64,000 nt of DNA from an uncultured delta proteobacterium (lineage in GTDB: Bacteria; Desulfobacterota; Binatia; Binatales; Binataceae): NCBI GenBank assembly GCA_963842085.1, contig CAWJET010000001.1, forward strand, positions 416,001-480,000. Reading direction: 5' to 3'. The position numbers were made by a program, and so were the translations under genes. The notes beneath the pieces are model-generated. The model saw only the letters and a list, made by a program, of their open reading frames with translations. It was not told where the DNA came from and did not search any database. Below are positions 8,472 through 17,643 of the stretch, piece after piece (position 1 is the first letter of the stretch; each line of letters starts with the position of its first letter).

Positions 8472-10148
8472 ATGCGAGTAACTAAGCTACTCGCGCGCGC
8501 TATCAGTGCGCTCGCGATCACATCGGTCTGCGCGTCGCCAGCGATGGCGAAGCCGATGGCGGAAACCGCCGGCGCGGCGACGCCAATCCAGCACGTAATT
8601 GTGCTCTTTCAGGAAAATGTTTCTTTCGATCACTACTTCGCCAGTTATCCGAACACGACCGGCTTCGTAGCGCAACCCGGAACGCCGACCGTGAACGGGT
8701 TGACCGGATCGCTCCTGACCAACAATCCGAACAAGAACAACCCCGCGAACGTGCCGCAGATCAATCCCTTCCTCCTCGATCGCTCGCAGGCGTCGACCTG
8801 CGACCAGGATCACGACTACGGCGACGAGCAGTTGGCCTTCGATATGGGATTGATGGATCTCTTTCCGGCCAGCGTCGGTTCGGGCGGAAGCTCAGCACCG
8901 GGCACCTTTTGCCTCCCAAACTACTCGTACGGAATGGGCAATGGCATCAACGAGGGTTACTTCGACGGCAACACCGTCACTGCGCTGTGGAACTACGCGC
9001 AGAACTACGCGCTGAACGACAATTTCTTCGGCACGACCTTCGGGCCGTCGACGCCTGGCGTGTTGAACCTGGTCGCCGGCACCACCTATCCGGCTACTGT
9101 CAGCGCTGCTTCCGCCAAGATCGCGAATCCGACCGGCCTCACGGGCACCCTTACCGGAGACCTGGATCCCACCGGCGATGTCTGCTCGAAATTGCCGACG
9201 ATTCAGATGGGTGGGCAGAGTATCGGCGACCTGCTGAGAGCGCAGGGATTAAGCTTTGCTTCGTTCATGGGCGGTTTCGATCTGACCGTCATGAATACCA
9301 ACGGAACAACGGGATGCAAACGCTCGAGTCCGGCGACCGCGGCCAACGACACCACGAATTTTCCGCCACAGCCGGGTGATATGAACTATACCGCCGACTA
9401 CATACCGCATCACGCCTTCTTTCAGTATTTTGCGGACACCGCGAACCCCACCCACGCCCGCCCTACAGTTCCGCCGAGCGAGTACGGTATGTTCGATGCG
9501 CCCACTGACGCCGCTAATCACAACTACGACACGAACGACTTTTTCGCCGCGCTGAATGCGAACTACCTGCCGGCGGTGAGCTTCATCAAAGCGCCCGCCA
9601 ACATGGACGGTCATGCTGGCTATTCCGATCCGTTGCTCGAGCAGCAATGGCTGGTCACCGTCATCAATGCGGTCCAGCAGTCCAATCTCTGGAGCAGCAC
9701 GGCGATCTTTGTCACGTGGGATGATTCCGACGGCTGGTACGATCATGTAATAGGCCCAATCGTCAACCCCTCGGCGTGGACACAGACCGGCTTCGGGACA
9801 ACCAGCGACCAGAACAGCGATCAGCTTAACGGACTCGGCAAGTGCGGCAACGGCACGCCGCTCGACGGCATCGAGGGCCGCTGCGGCCATGGCCCGCGCA
9901 TCCCGATGCTCGTGATCTCGCCGTGGGCAAAGCAGGACTTCGTCGATCACACCTTGACCGACCAGAGCTCGATCATCCACTTCGTCGAAGACAACTGGAA
10001 CCTCGGGAGGATCGGCAATGGTTCGTTCGACGCGCTGTCGGGCTCAATCGATAACATGTTCGACTTTTCAAAGAAGGTGAACCCGGGCCATCAATACCAG
10101 ACATTGCTGGATCCAATGTCCGGAACGGTGATGGGCGGCCACAAGTAA
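8472..10148 (+). CDS. Secreted phosphoesterase (phospholipase C / acid phosphatase AcpA family)
   Basis: Signal peptide; IQHVIVLFQENVSFDHYF, FGPSTPG, WDDSDGWYDH and GPRIPMLVISPWAK motifs. Confidence 0.9.
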   Translation: MRVTKLLARAISALAITSVCASPAMAKPMAETAGAATPIQHVIVLFQENVSFDHYFASYPNTTGFVAQPGTPTVNGLTGSLLTNNPNKNNPANVPQINPFLLDRSQASTCDQDHDYGDEQLAFDMGLMDLFPASVGSGGSSAPGTFCLPNYSYGMGNGINEGYFDGNTVTALWNYAQNYALNDNFFGTTFGPSTPGVLNLVAGTTYPATVSAASAKIANPTGLTGTLTGDLDPTGDVCSKLPTIQMGGQSIGDLLRAQGLSFASFMGGFDLTVMNTNGTTGCKRSSPATAANDTTNFPPQPGDMNYTADYIPHHAFFQYFADTANPTHARPTVPPSEYGMFDAPTDAANHNYDTNDFFAALNANYLPAVSFIKAPANMDGHAGYSDPLLEQQWLVTVINAVQQSNLWSSTAIFVTWDDSDGWYDHVIGPIVNPSAWTQTGFGTTSDQNSDQLNGLGKCGNGTPLDGIEGRCGHGPRIPMLVISPWAKQDFVDHTLTDQSSIIHFVEDNWNLGRIGNGSFDALSGSIDNMFDFSKKVNPGHQYQTLLDPMSGTVMGGHK

Positions 10149-10233
10149 ACGCGATCGTTTGCGATTGATCGAAGGCGGGCGCGTGCGATGCACGCGCCCG
10201 CTCTAATTTTCATTTGTGGTCGCTCTGGTAGCG

Positions 10234-10677
10234 CTACGCCGCCTTCAGTTCCGACGTGCAATGGGGGCATCGCGTCGCGGCGAGCGGTATCGCGCTGACG
10301 CAGTAGGGGCAATCCTTGGTGTTGGGTGGCGGCGGTATATCTGCGCCGGTAAGGTGATTCACCCATTTGACGAGTATGAAGACCGCGAACGCGATTATCA
10401 GGAAATCGATGATCGTGTTGATGAACAACCCGATGTTCAGCGTCGGCACGCCCGCGGCCTTGGCCGCAGCGAGCGTGGCGTAGTGCTTCGACGAAAGGTT
10501 GATGAACAGGTTTGAGAAATCGACCGCGCCGAGCGCCAGCCCGATCGGCGGCATGAGAATGTCGTTGGTGAACGAGGTGACGATTTTGCCGAACGCGGCG
10601 CCAACGACGAAGCCAACCGCGAGATCAACTACGTTGCCCTTCATTACGAACTGCTTGAACTCTGAGAGTATCGACAC
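10234..10677 (-). CDS. mscL: Large-conductance mechanosensitive channel with C-terminal Zn ribbon
   Basis: [17 protein letters not shown] motif; C-terminal CPYC..CPHC; GGAGG RBS before GTG 10677. Confidence 0.95.
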   Translation of the reverse strand: MSILSEFKQFVMKGNVVDLAVGFVVGAAFGKIVTSFTNDILMPPIGLALGAVDFSNLFINLSSKHYATLAAAKAAGVPTLNIGLFINTIIDFLIIAFAVFILVKWVNHLTGADIPPPPNTKDCPYCVSAIPLAATRCPHCTSELKAA

Positions 10678-10794
10678 GACGCGCCCTCCGTTGGCCGGTT
10701 GGATTGGTGAGGAGCCCCGCTTACAAAAGCATCGCGACAAGGCAATGTAAAACTGCCGCTTGCTTGGTTTGCGCAACTGCGACGGATTGACTTT

Positions 10795-10810
10795 TCAGAA
10801 ACGCTTCTGA
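10795..10810. promoter_or_regulatory. Palindromic operator upstream of diiron operon
   Basis: TCAGAA-ACGC-TTCTGA directly after -35-like TTGACT (10787). Confidence 0.45.
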
Positions 10811-10907
10811 TACGCCCTTCAGTTTAGCACTTTGCCGCCGGTATTTTCGGCGCGACTTCCGCGTCAGTGAAAAACTCGTATCCGCGCATGGTCAGGAGGA
10901 CAGCCGA

Positions 10908-12029
10908 ATGGGATCAGTTCATATCAAAGATGAAGAGCGGGTGGGCTCGGAAGCTAAATACAGACTCGAACCTTCCGTCTATCTGCAGAAACTCTACGAG
11001 TCCGGCACTCCTGACCTCGGCTGGATGAACCAGATGGGCGAATGGGGCGTGCGCGCCAAGCCCGGCAACCTCGGCCTGCGCCTCAAGGACATCGAGATCG
11101 GCAGTTACGGAATCATCCCCGAGCATGGCGGAGCGCATCGCTCGATGGCGCCGCGCGGCGCAGTGATTCCCGACGACGTGCCCTCGCTCGGATTCACGAT
11201 TAACGAGAAGGCCGAGTGCTGGGCCGACAACGTGACCGAGCTGTACGAGGAGGCGGTCGCGCGCCAGTGGAGCTCCGCGCGCGACATCCCGTGGACCGAA
11301 CTCAAGCCGCTGCCCGACGATCTGGAACGCGCGATGTGCCAGTTGTGCACCTTCCTGACCGAGGTGGAATTCATCGCGGCCGACGCGCCGACGCGATGGA
11401 TGGGGCAGATGAATCACGACTTCTTCGAAGTGAAGATGTTCCTCGCGACGCAGGCGATGGACGAAGCGCGTCACATGGACGTGTTCCGAAAGCGCGCGCT
11501 CGCTAACGGCGGCGGACTCGGCAAGGCCAGCCCCATAAGCGAGCTGTCATTGAAGCGAATCTTCGATTGCCCGAGTTTCTCGGCGCAGACCGGCCGCTTG
11601 CAACTGTTGGGCGAGGGTTTCGTGCTGACGATGTTCCGACAGGGCGAGTTCCTGGCGCCGAGCCGCGTAGATCAGGAAATCTTCCGACGATGCATGCAGG
11701 ACGAATCGCGGCACGTCGGATTCGGCACGATGCATATCCGCGCGCAACTCAAGGCGAATCCCGCGGTCGCGGAAGAACTGCACGAGCAGCTCGACGACGC
11801 GGAGCGCATTCTGCTCGAGACGTTCAGCGTGCCGGAGGCGGTGGAGCCTATGGCGATCCTGATGGGCGGCGGAGTCGAGCATTTCGACAAAGGCATGGAG
11901 CTGCAAGGGCAGTTGTGGCGGCGAATCGTGCACGAGTACCTGCAGCGCTGCGACTCGGCCGGCCTCGACCGCCGTCCGCGATGCATCCTGCCGACGGACT
12001 TCAACAAGCTGTTCGAAGCGGCGGCCTGA
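10908..12029 (+). CDS. Ferritin-like diiron protein
   Basis: Paired ligand sets E...DEARH and E...DESRH; AGGAGG RBS. Confidence 0.8.
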   Translation: MGSVHIKDEERVGSEAKYRLEPSVYLQKLYESGTPDLGWMNQMGEWGVRAKPGNLGLRLKDIEIGSYGIIPEHGGAHRSMAPRGAVIPDDVPSLGFTINEKAECWADNVTELYEEAVARQWSSARDIPWTELKPLPDDLERAMCQLCTFLTEVEFIAADAPTRWMGQMNHDFFEVKMFLATQAMDEARHMDVFRKRALANGGGLGKASPISELSLKRIFDCPSFSAQTGRLQLLGEGFVLTMFRQGEFLAPSRVDQEIFRRCMQDESRHVGFGTMHIRAQLKANPAVAEELHEQLDDAERILLETFSVPEAVEPMAILMGGGVEHFDKGMELQGQLWRRIVHEYLQRCDSAGLDRRPRCILPTDFNKLFEAAA

Positions 12030-12469
12030 TGCCATCGTTTCCCGATTCAGAGTGGTTCCTCACCCTCGGCAGGCTGATGCATGCCGAGGGTGAACTTTTC
12101 AGGCGGCTCGGCTACGCCGAGACCCGCTTCGCGGTGCGGGTCGTGCCGAGCAGCACCGGCAACGGCGGCGATCGGATCGTGGGGCTGGTGATCGACGGCT
12201 ATCAGTTGACCGAGGCGAGGCCGGTCGCCGATCTCAACGCGTACGATCCGGACTTCGTCATCTGCGGCAAGCGCGAGATCTGGGATCGGATGCTGGGCGA
12301 GATTGCCGAAAACGGCCGGCCGCAGCTTCGGCATACGCTCAGTTCGCTGGCGCTGGTGGGTGAGGAGCTCTGGCTCGAATCCACCGATCAGTTGCGCGAG
12401 GACAAGTTCTACCGCTTCAATCAGACGCTGCAGGAACTGCTGAATCTCGCGGCAAAAGTCCCCGCATAG
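12029..12469 (+). CDS. Hypothetical protein, possibly SCP2-like fold (146 aa)
   Basis: TGATG coupling to the diiron gene; MPSFPDSEWF start and DPDFVICGKREIWDRML segment. Confidence 0.65.
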   Translation: MPSFPDSEWFLTLGRLMHAEGELFRRLGYAETRFAVRVVPSSTGNGGDRIVGLVIDGYQLTEARPVADLNAYDPDFVICGKREIWDRMLGEIAENGRPQLRHTLSSLALVGEELWLESTDQLREDKFYRFNQTLQELLNLAAKVPA

Positions 12470-12525
12470 AAAATTCGAAAACCTTCGCCGCCGTCTCTCA
12501 GCAGCAAGCACAAAGGAAAGATTCC

Positions 12526-13479
12526 ATGGACCAGCATCCAATTCGCTTTGGAGTTCAGACCGGGCAGCAAAACATCGAGTGGGAACAGCTGCGCAGTTTC
12601 TGGGCGAAAGCCGACGGCTGGGGTTACGACTCGCTGTGGGTGTTCGACCATTTCTATCCGATCTTCTCGCCCGACCCTGCGGGGCCGTGCCTCGAAGGCT
12701 GGACTCTCCTGAGCGCACTCAGTCAGAACACCCGGCGCGCGCGAATCGGCGCATTGGTCAACGGTAACACCTATCGCAACCCGACTCTCACCGCGAAGAT
12801 GGCGGCGACGCTCGACAACGTCAGCGGTGGCCGGCTCAACCTGGGACTGGGCGCCGGATGGTTCGAAGCCGAGCATCGGAGCCTCGGCTTCGACTTCAAA
12901 ACGGTGGGGGGCCGGCTGCAGGCGCTCGACGAAGCGTGCCAGATAATCAAGGGCATGTTCACGCATGAAAAAACCACGCTGAAGGGCAAGCACTACAACG
13001 TCGTGGACGCTGTCTGTAATCCGAAGCCGATCCAGAAAAATCTGCCGCTGATGATTGGCGGACACGGCGAGAAGGTGCTGCTCAAGATCGTCGCGAAACA
13101 CGCGGACATGTGGAACATGGGCAACGCCGACGCCGCGGAAATGAAGCGGCTGATCGGTGTGATCGAGCGTCACGGCGACACGGTCGGCCGCAACACTGAC
13201 GAAATCGAAAAGACCCTGGCCCTCGGGCTCTGCTACAAGGCGCCGAAACAGCGCGAAGAAATGCTCTCATCGGTCGTCGCGATGATGGCGCAGACGACGC
13301 CCGATCGCGCACGCGACATGATGATTATCGGCAACAAGCAGGAATGCGTGGACAAGCTCGAACGCTACATCAAGGCGGGTGTCACGCATTTCATCTTTAT
13401 GCACAGCCCGCCGCTGACGGCCGAGGAAGACATCCAGGCCTTCGCCGAGGATATCATTCCACAGTTTCGCTCGCATTGA
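12526..13479 (+). CDS. LLM-class (probably F420-dependent) oxidoreductase
   Basis: GYDSLWVFDHFYP, EGWTLLSAL, YRNP..AKMAATLD..SGGRL.LGLGAGW and IGGHGEK motifs. Confidence 0.9.
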   Translation: MDQHPIRFGVQTGQQNIEWEQLRSFWAKADGWGYDSLWVFDHFYPIFSPDPAGPCLEGWTLLSALSQNTRRARIGALVNGNTYRNPTLTAKMAATLDNVSGGRLNLGLGAGWFEAEHRSLGFDFKTVGGRLQALDEACQIIKGMFTHEKTTLKGKHYNVVDAVCNPKPIQKNLPLMIGGHGEKVLLKIVAKHADMWNMGNADAAEMKRLIGVIERHGDTVGRNTDEIEKTLALGLCYKAPKQREEMLSSVVAMMAQTTPDRARDMMIIGNKQECVDKLERYIKAGVTHFIFMHSPPLTAEEDIQAFAEDIIPQFRSH

Positions 13480-13509
13480 ATCCAAAGCGGGCGCGGAGAA
13501 ATTAAAGCC

Positions 13510-13576
13510 CTGGCGCTGGTGGGCGAATCAGACGCTGCAGGAACTGCTCAATCTCGCCGCAAAAGTCCCCGTGTAG
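13510..13576 (+). repeat. Internally deleted duplicate of the 3' end of gene 12029-12469
   Basis: CTGGCGCTGGTGGG and ATCAGACGCTGCAGGAACTGCT.AATCTCGC.GCAAAAGTCCCCG..TAG match 12347-12360 and 12420-12469. Confidence 0.85.
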
Positions 13577-13582
13577 CGCGCC

Positions 13583-16198
13583 TCACTCCCCGGTCCCCTT
13601 CAACTCGATCGTCTGGTTCGCATTTCCCGCGTTGTCAAAAATCGTCACCGTCGACGAGGTCGGACCCGGCGACGTCGGCGCGAACAGCACTACGAGCTTG
13701 CACTTCTCTTTCGGCCATAGCTGCGCGCCACAGGTCGACGCGCCCTGGCCCTGGGGAAATCCGAATATCTGCGGGCTGGTCAACGGGACCGTCGCCAGCG
13801 GATTGCCGAAAGTGATGGGCAATCCGTGCTTGGCCGGATTGCCGAACTTCACCGTCCGGTTTGCGACGTGCCCCACTTTCACTTCGCCGAAATTGACCAA
13901 CGACGCGCTGACCTTCAGCGACTCGGGAACCCCGCTCGGCGTCGATGTCGGCGTGGGCGTCGGCGTAGGCGTTGAACTCGGCGTGGCAGTGGGTGTTGCT
14001 GCCGTTGCCGTCGCAGTTGGCGTGGGCGTTGCCGTCGCCGTCGCACTCGGGGTGGGCGTCGGCCCGGTGCCGCCGAATGCCATCGCCAGGTTGTAGGCGT
14101 TGACGGTTCCGATGCCGGTCGCGAAGCTCCATCCGGTGCCCGTCGGATACGCAGGCGCAAACTCGGAGTCAGACGCCGACAGCACGCCGTACTTGCCCGA
14201 CGGTGTGTAGCAGTCATGGGAGCCGCTGCACGGCACGTCGATGTCGCCCTGCGTCACATCGTAAAAAATGCATGAACTGGCGACGCCATTGCCAAGCGTC
14301 GAGTTGCAGGAGGCCGTGCCACCCGACCCATACTCCGCATTGGCCAACGCGTAGTACGCAGGATTCGGGTTGCCTTGCCGGCTTCCGGTCTTTTGATTTA
14401 TCAGCGACTGAATCCCAGCCATGATCGGCGAGGCGAACGACGTCCCGCCGAAACCCGCCCAAGTGTCTGGTGCACCCGTGCACGGCGCGCCGTAACGGCC
14501 CGACGCCGGGTCGGAGTAGCAGACTACGTAGTAGTGATTCCAAACGCCGTCGGCCGCGAACAGCGATACGTCCGGGATGTCACGCACGCCGTCGTGAGGG
14601 TTGCCAAGTATCGACTGCCAACTCGGCTTTTCGTAGCCCGCACAGCTTCCGCCGACGACGCCGCTGCTCGACGGCGAGCCCGTAGCGCATCCGCTCGGGC
14701 CGCCGCTGCCTGCGACGACGGCCAGGAAATCCTGCGAGCCTTGTGCGCTATTGCAGAACCCGCTCGAGCCGTACGCAGTGCTATAGCCGAGGTAGTTGTC
14801 GATCAACCCGCTCGCGCATGAATCGTTCCAGGGAATCTCCGGAACGTAGGAAAGCGCCGATTCGTAATCAGCACTGTTGGAGTCGCTCCAGTAAGAGCCG
14901 TTGCTGCGCGCGTAGGTATCGCCGAAATCGGTGCCGCCGACCGACACGTTATATGGCGTCGACGTGAATCCGCTGATTCCGATGCCGTGCGTCGCCACTG
15001 TATTGCCGGCATCGGAGCTCGCTGCGCCCTCGTCACCCGACGCCACGAACACCGAAACACCTTCGCCCACCGCCTGCTGGTACAGTGAATTGATGTACGC
15101 GTTTTGCGCCGCGCCGTTATCCGCCTCCGACTCGCCGTAGCTGATGCTCATGATAGCCGCTGGCGTCTTCGATTCGTTGAGCAGGTTCGCCATCGCGATG
15201 AATCCGCCGAAGGTGGTCGCCGTATCGGCGCACGAAGCCATCTCGACCGCTGCGCTCGGCGCGGCGGCGCTCGACCATTCCACGTCGATCTCGGCCTCGG
15301 CGTCGGCGTCATTTATTCCAGGGTCGGTGCAGCCCCCCGGATGAACCTGGCTGAGCGAGCCCGCGGGGTAGGCGCTCGCCAGTCCCATCGCGCTGCGAAA
15401 CGTGTTCCAGTCCGAGGTCTTGTAAAGATCGCTGTCCTCGATCAGCACGATCGTCTGTCCCTGCCCGGAGTAGCCGGCCGCGAACAGGGGATTGAGATTG
15501 TAGATGGTCGCGAGGTCCGCCGGCACGACCAGGTTCTCCTGCTCTCCGCCGCTGGTGACGGTGTAGCCGGGACGCGGCTGGTTCATCGCGCGCGGCCTGA
15601 AGTCGTTGAGCGACACCACCCCGGCAACCGCCGGCGCCAGCGCCGCGGGAATCCGCGGGTCGCTCATGTTGGCGATATGCGCCGCACCATTCACCGCGAG
15701 GTGGTGAATCCCGGTGTGGAAGGCCTCGCCCACCTGGCCGGCGGTGCCCGAGAAATCGATCACCGTGCCGTTGGGATAAGTGCGGTTGACGGTGAGGCCA
15801 TGCGATTGCAGCCAGCCCGTGATCTTCGCGAGGTCCTGGCCGGCCAATCCGTACTTCTCGCCGAACTCCTGCGCGGTCAACCAATGGTGATAGTTCGGCG
15901 ACTTCGGATCCTCGAGTTCATCCAGATATTTTTCGAGTGCTTGCTCCTGCGCGGCAGAGCGTCGCAACTGGAGCAGCATGTGCTCCATCGGAAAGCCGGG
16001 AGCAACCGTACCGCGGTCATTTGCGGCGGTCGCTTCAGCGCGAGTGTTGCCGGCGAGCGTGACCAGCGAATTCTCGTCGATGGCGGCTGTAATGAGCGAC
16101 GCTGTCGCTGACCCGGCACTGAACGCGGCGCGCACTCCCGCCAGCAGCATCAGGGCGCAGGCTGCTGCGAGGCTCGCGAGTTTGAAGTGCTCCTTCAT
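13583..16198 (-). CDS. Secreted S53 (sedolisin/kumamolisin) peptidase with pro-domain, Pro/Thr linker and C-terminal Ig-like domain
   Basis: EAEID (ExxxD), SISYG, ASGDEG, PDVS, GGTSFASP and GIGTVN motifs; TP/TA repeats at ~13935-14070. Confidence 0.92.
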   Translation of the reverse strand: MKEHFKLASLAAACALMLLAGVRAAFSAGSATASLITAAIDENSLVTLAGNTRAEATAANDRGTVAPGFPMEHMLLQLRRSAAQEQALEKYLDELEDPKSPNYHHWLTAQEFGEKYGLAGQDLAKITGWLQSHGLTVNRTYPNGTVIDFSGTAGQVGEAFHTGIHHLAVNGAAHIANMSDPRIPAALAPAVAGVVSLNDFRPRAMNQPRPGYTVTSGGEQENLVVPADLATIYNLNPLFAAGYSGQGQTIVLIEDSDLYKTSDWNTFRSAMGLASAYPAGSLSQVHPGGCTDPGINDADAEAEIDVEWSSAAAPSAAVEMASCADTATTFGGFIAMANLLNESKTPAAIMSISYGESEADNGAAQNAYINSLYQQAVGEGVSVFVASGDEGAASSDAGNTVATHGIGISGFTSTPYNVSVGGTDFGDTYARSNGSYWSDSNSADYESALSYVPEIPWNDSCASGLIDNYLGYSTAYGSSGFCNSAQGSQDFLAVVAGSGGPSGCATGSPSSSGVVGGSCAGYEKPSWQSILGNPHDGVRDIPDVSLFAADGVWNHYYVVCYSDPASGRYGAPCTGAPDTWAGFGGTSFASPIMAGIQSLINQKTGSRQGNPNPAYYALANAEYGSGGTASCNSTLGNGVASSCIFYDVTQGDIDVPCSGSHDCYTPSGKYGVLSASDSEFAPAYPTGTGWSFATGIGTVNAYNLAMAFGGTGPTPTPSATATATPTPTATATAATPTATPSSTPTPTPTPTSTPSGVPESLKVSASLVNFGEVKVGHVANRTVKFGNPAKHGLPITFGNPLATVPLTSPQIFGFPQGQGASTCGAQLWPKEKCKLVVLFAPTSPGPTSSTVTIFDNAGNANQTIELKGTGE

Positions 16199-16445
16199 TG
16201 ATTGCACTTCTTGCATCGCAAGATCGCGCTTATAGGATTCAAGCTAGAGAATCGTTATGGCGGACGACGATGCGACCTGTGTCATTCCCGCGTTCGCCGC
16301 GGCCATCACCGTTCCAAGCATGATTACTGCAGAAAGAATCGCGGTAAATATGAAGCCGGCGGTATTCATTTTCATTCCTCTGACAAGGAATACGCACGGC
16401 AAGTCCGCTGGTTACGCAACCTAAACGGTCCGTTAGGATTGGTGA

Positions 16446-17348
16446 TTACGCTGCTTTGACTACCAGATCGTCCGAGTCGGCCCTGCCGCGCGGCGTGCCG
16501 TGGCGAACGTCGGTCGCAAGGCCGAACTTCTCGAGCGCGAGTATCAGCATGTAGCCGGCGTCGGGCTGGCGCCAAGTCCATCCGAGACGCGCAGAGCCGG
16601 GGCGCGCGTGATGGTTGCGATGCCAGTTCTCGCCCTGAAACAGATGCATCAGCGCGAGCCATTTTACGTTGCGGCTCGAATCCTGGCCCACCGTGATCCC
16701 CGGTTCGGTGTGGCAAACGCTGTTGACGAAACATTGCGCGTGCAGTCCGAAACACAGGCGAATCGCGCCGAGCCAGAAAAATGCGGCCGGGCTGAAATAC
16801 AAACCGCCGAGATATGAGAGCGCGAGGATCGGCGTCTGGAACCATCGCCAGGCGCGATACGAGACTCCGCTCAGATCGGGGCAGTAGCGATCGATCGGCG
16901 GCTCGCCGGCCTGCCACAGCCAGCGCAGATGTGCCCACCAGAAACCGCCCCACACCGGGCTCGAGATGTCTTCCGGGGTGTCAGCCTTGGCGTGATGCAG
17001 CCGATGGCCGGCGGCCCAGGTAGTCGGCGCGCCGGAACCGTTGAACATCGCAAAGAAAATCAGCACTCCGCGCGCCCACGGATTAAGTGTGAGCGAGCGA
17101 TGCGCGATCGCGCGGTGATAACCGACCGTGGTGCCCAATCCGCCTATGAATACCAGCGCCACCGCGCCAAGGAATATGCGCCATCCGGGAATCGGATAAA
17201 GCACCAGTCCAATCGCGGCGGTAATATGAATGAGGCAAACCCAGGACAGTATCGAAATGTCGCGCCCCGAGGCATGCCACCATGGCTGCTTCCACGGCTC
17301 GCTCTTTAGGGTTTCGGTCGTGCTCAAGGTCGTGAAAGCTGCTGCCAT
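16446..17348 (-). CDS. Membrane fatty acid (acyl-CoA delta-9 type) desaturase
   Basis: His boxes HRAIAH, HRLHH and GENWHRNHH. Confidence 0.9.
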   Translation of the reverse strand: MAAAFTTLSTTETLKSEPWKQPWWHASGRDISILSWVCLIHITAAIGLVLYPIPGWRIFLGAVALVFIGGLGTTVGYHRAIAHRSLTLNPWARGVLIFFAMFNGSGAPTTWAAGHRLHHAKADTPEDISSPVWGGFWWAHLRWLWQAGEPPIDRYCPDLSGVSYRAWRWFQTPILALSYLGGLYFSPAAFFWLGAIRLCFGLHAQCFVNSVCHTEPGITVGQDSSRNVKWLALMHLFQGENWHRNHHARPGSARLGWTWRQPDAGYMLILALEKFGLATDVRHGTPRGRADSDDLVVKAA

Positions 17349-17643
17349 TCGTCTCTCCAACTGTCGCATTTACCCACATCACCGCCCGCGCCCGTTTGGC
17401 TGCACGGATGATGATGCCTCGGGCGGTCGGACGCGCATGCGCATTCCTGGCTACCCGCCAGCATCAGCACATTTTCACGTTTCACCGGGATGCCTTCGAT
17501 TCCAAGGCGGGGAGCTGAATGTGCTTGCCGTCGCGGACTAGGACATTACAGGATACTAACGTCGTGCGCTACAACCGATTGCACCAACATAGTTAGTCGC
17601 GCCTTGCTCACCCTCACAAATGTTCCCCGGGTAACGAGTCAGA

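Noticed and set aside
11567-12028. N-terminal extension of the 300-aa ORF
   Set aside because: Overlaps the diiron gene out of frame; the real start is the coupled ATG at 12029.
13935-14070. Short-period tandem repeats
   Set aside because: They encode the Pro/Thr/Ala linker of the S53 peptidase.
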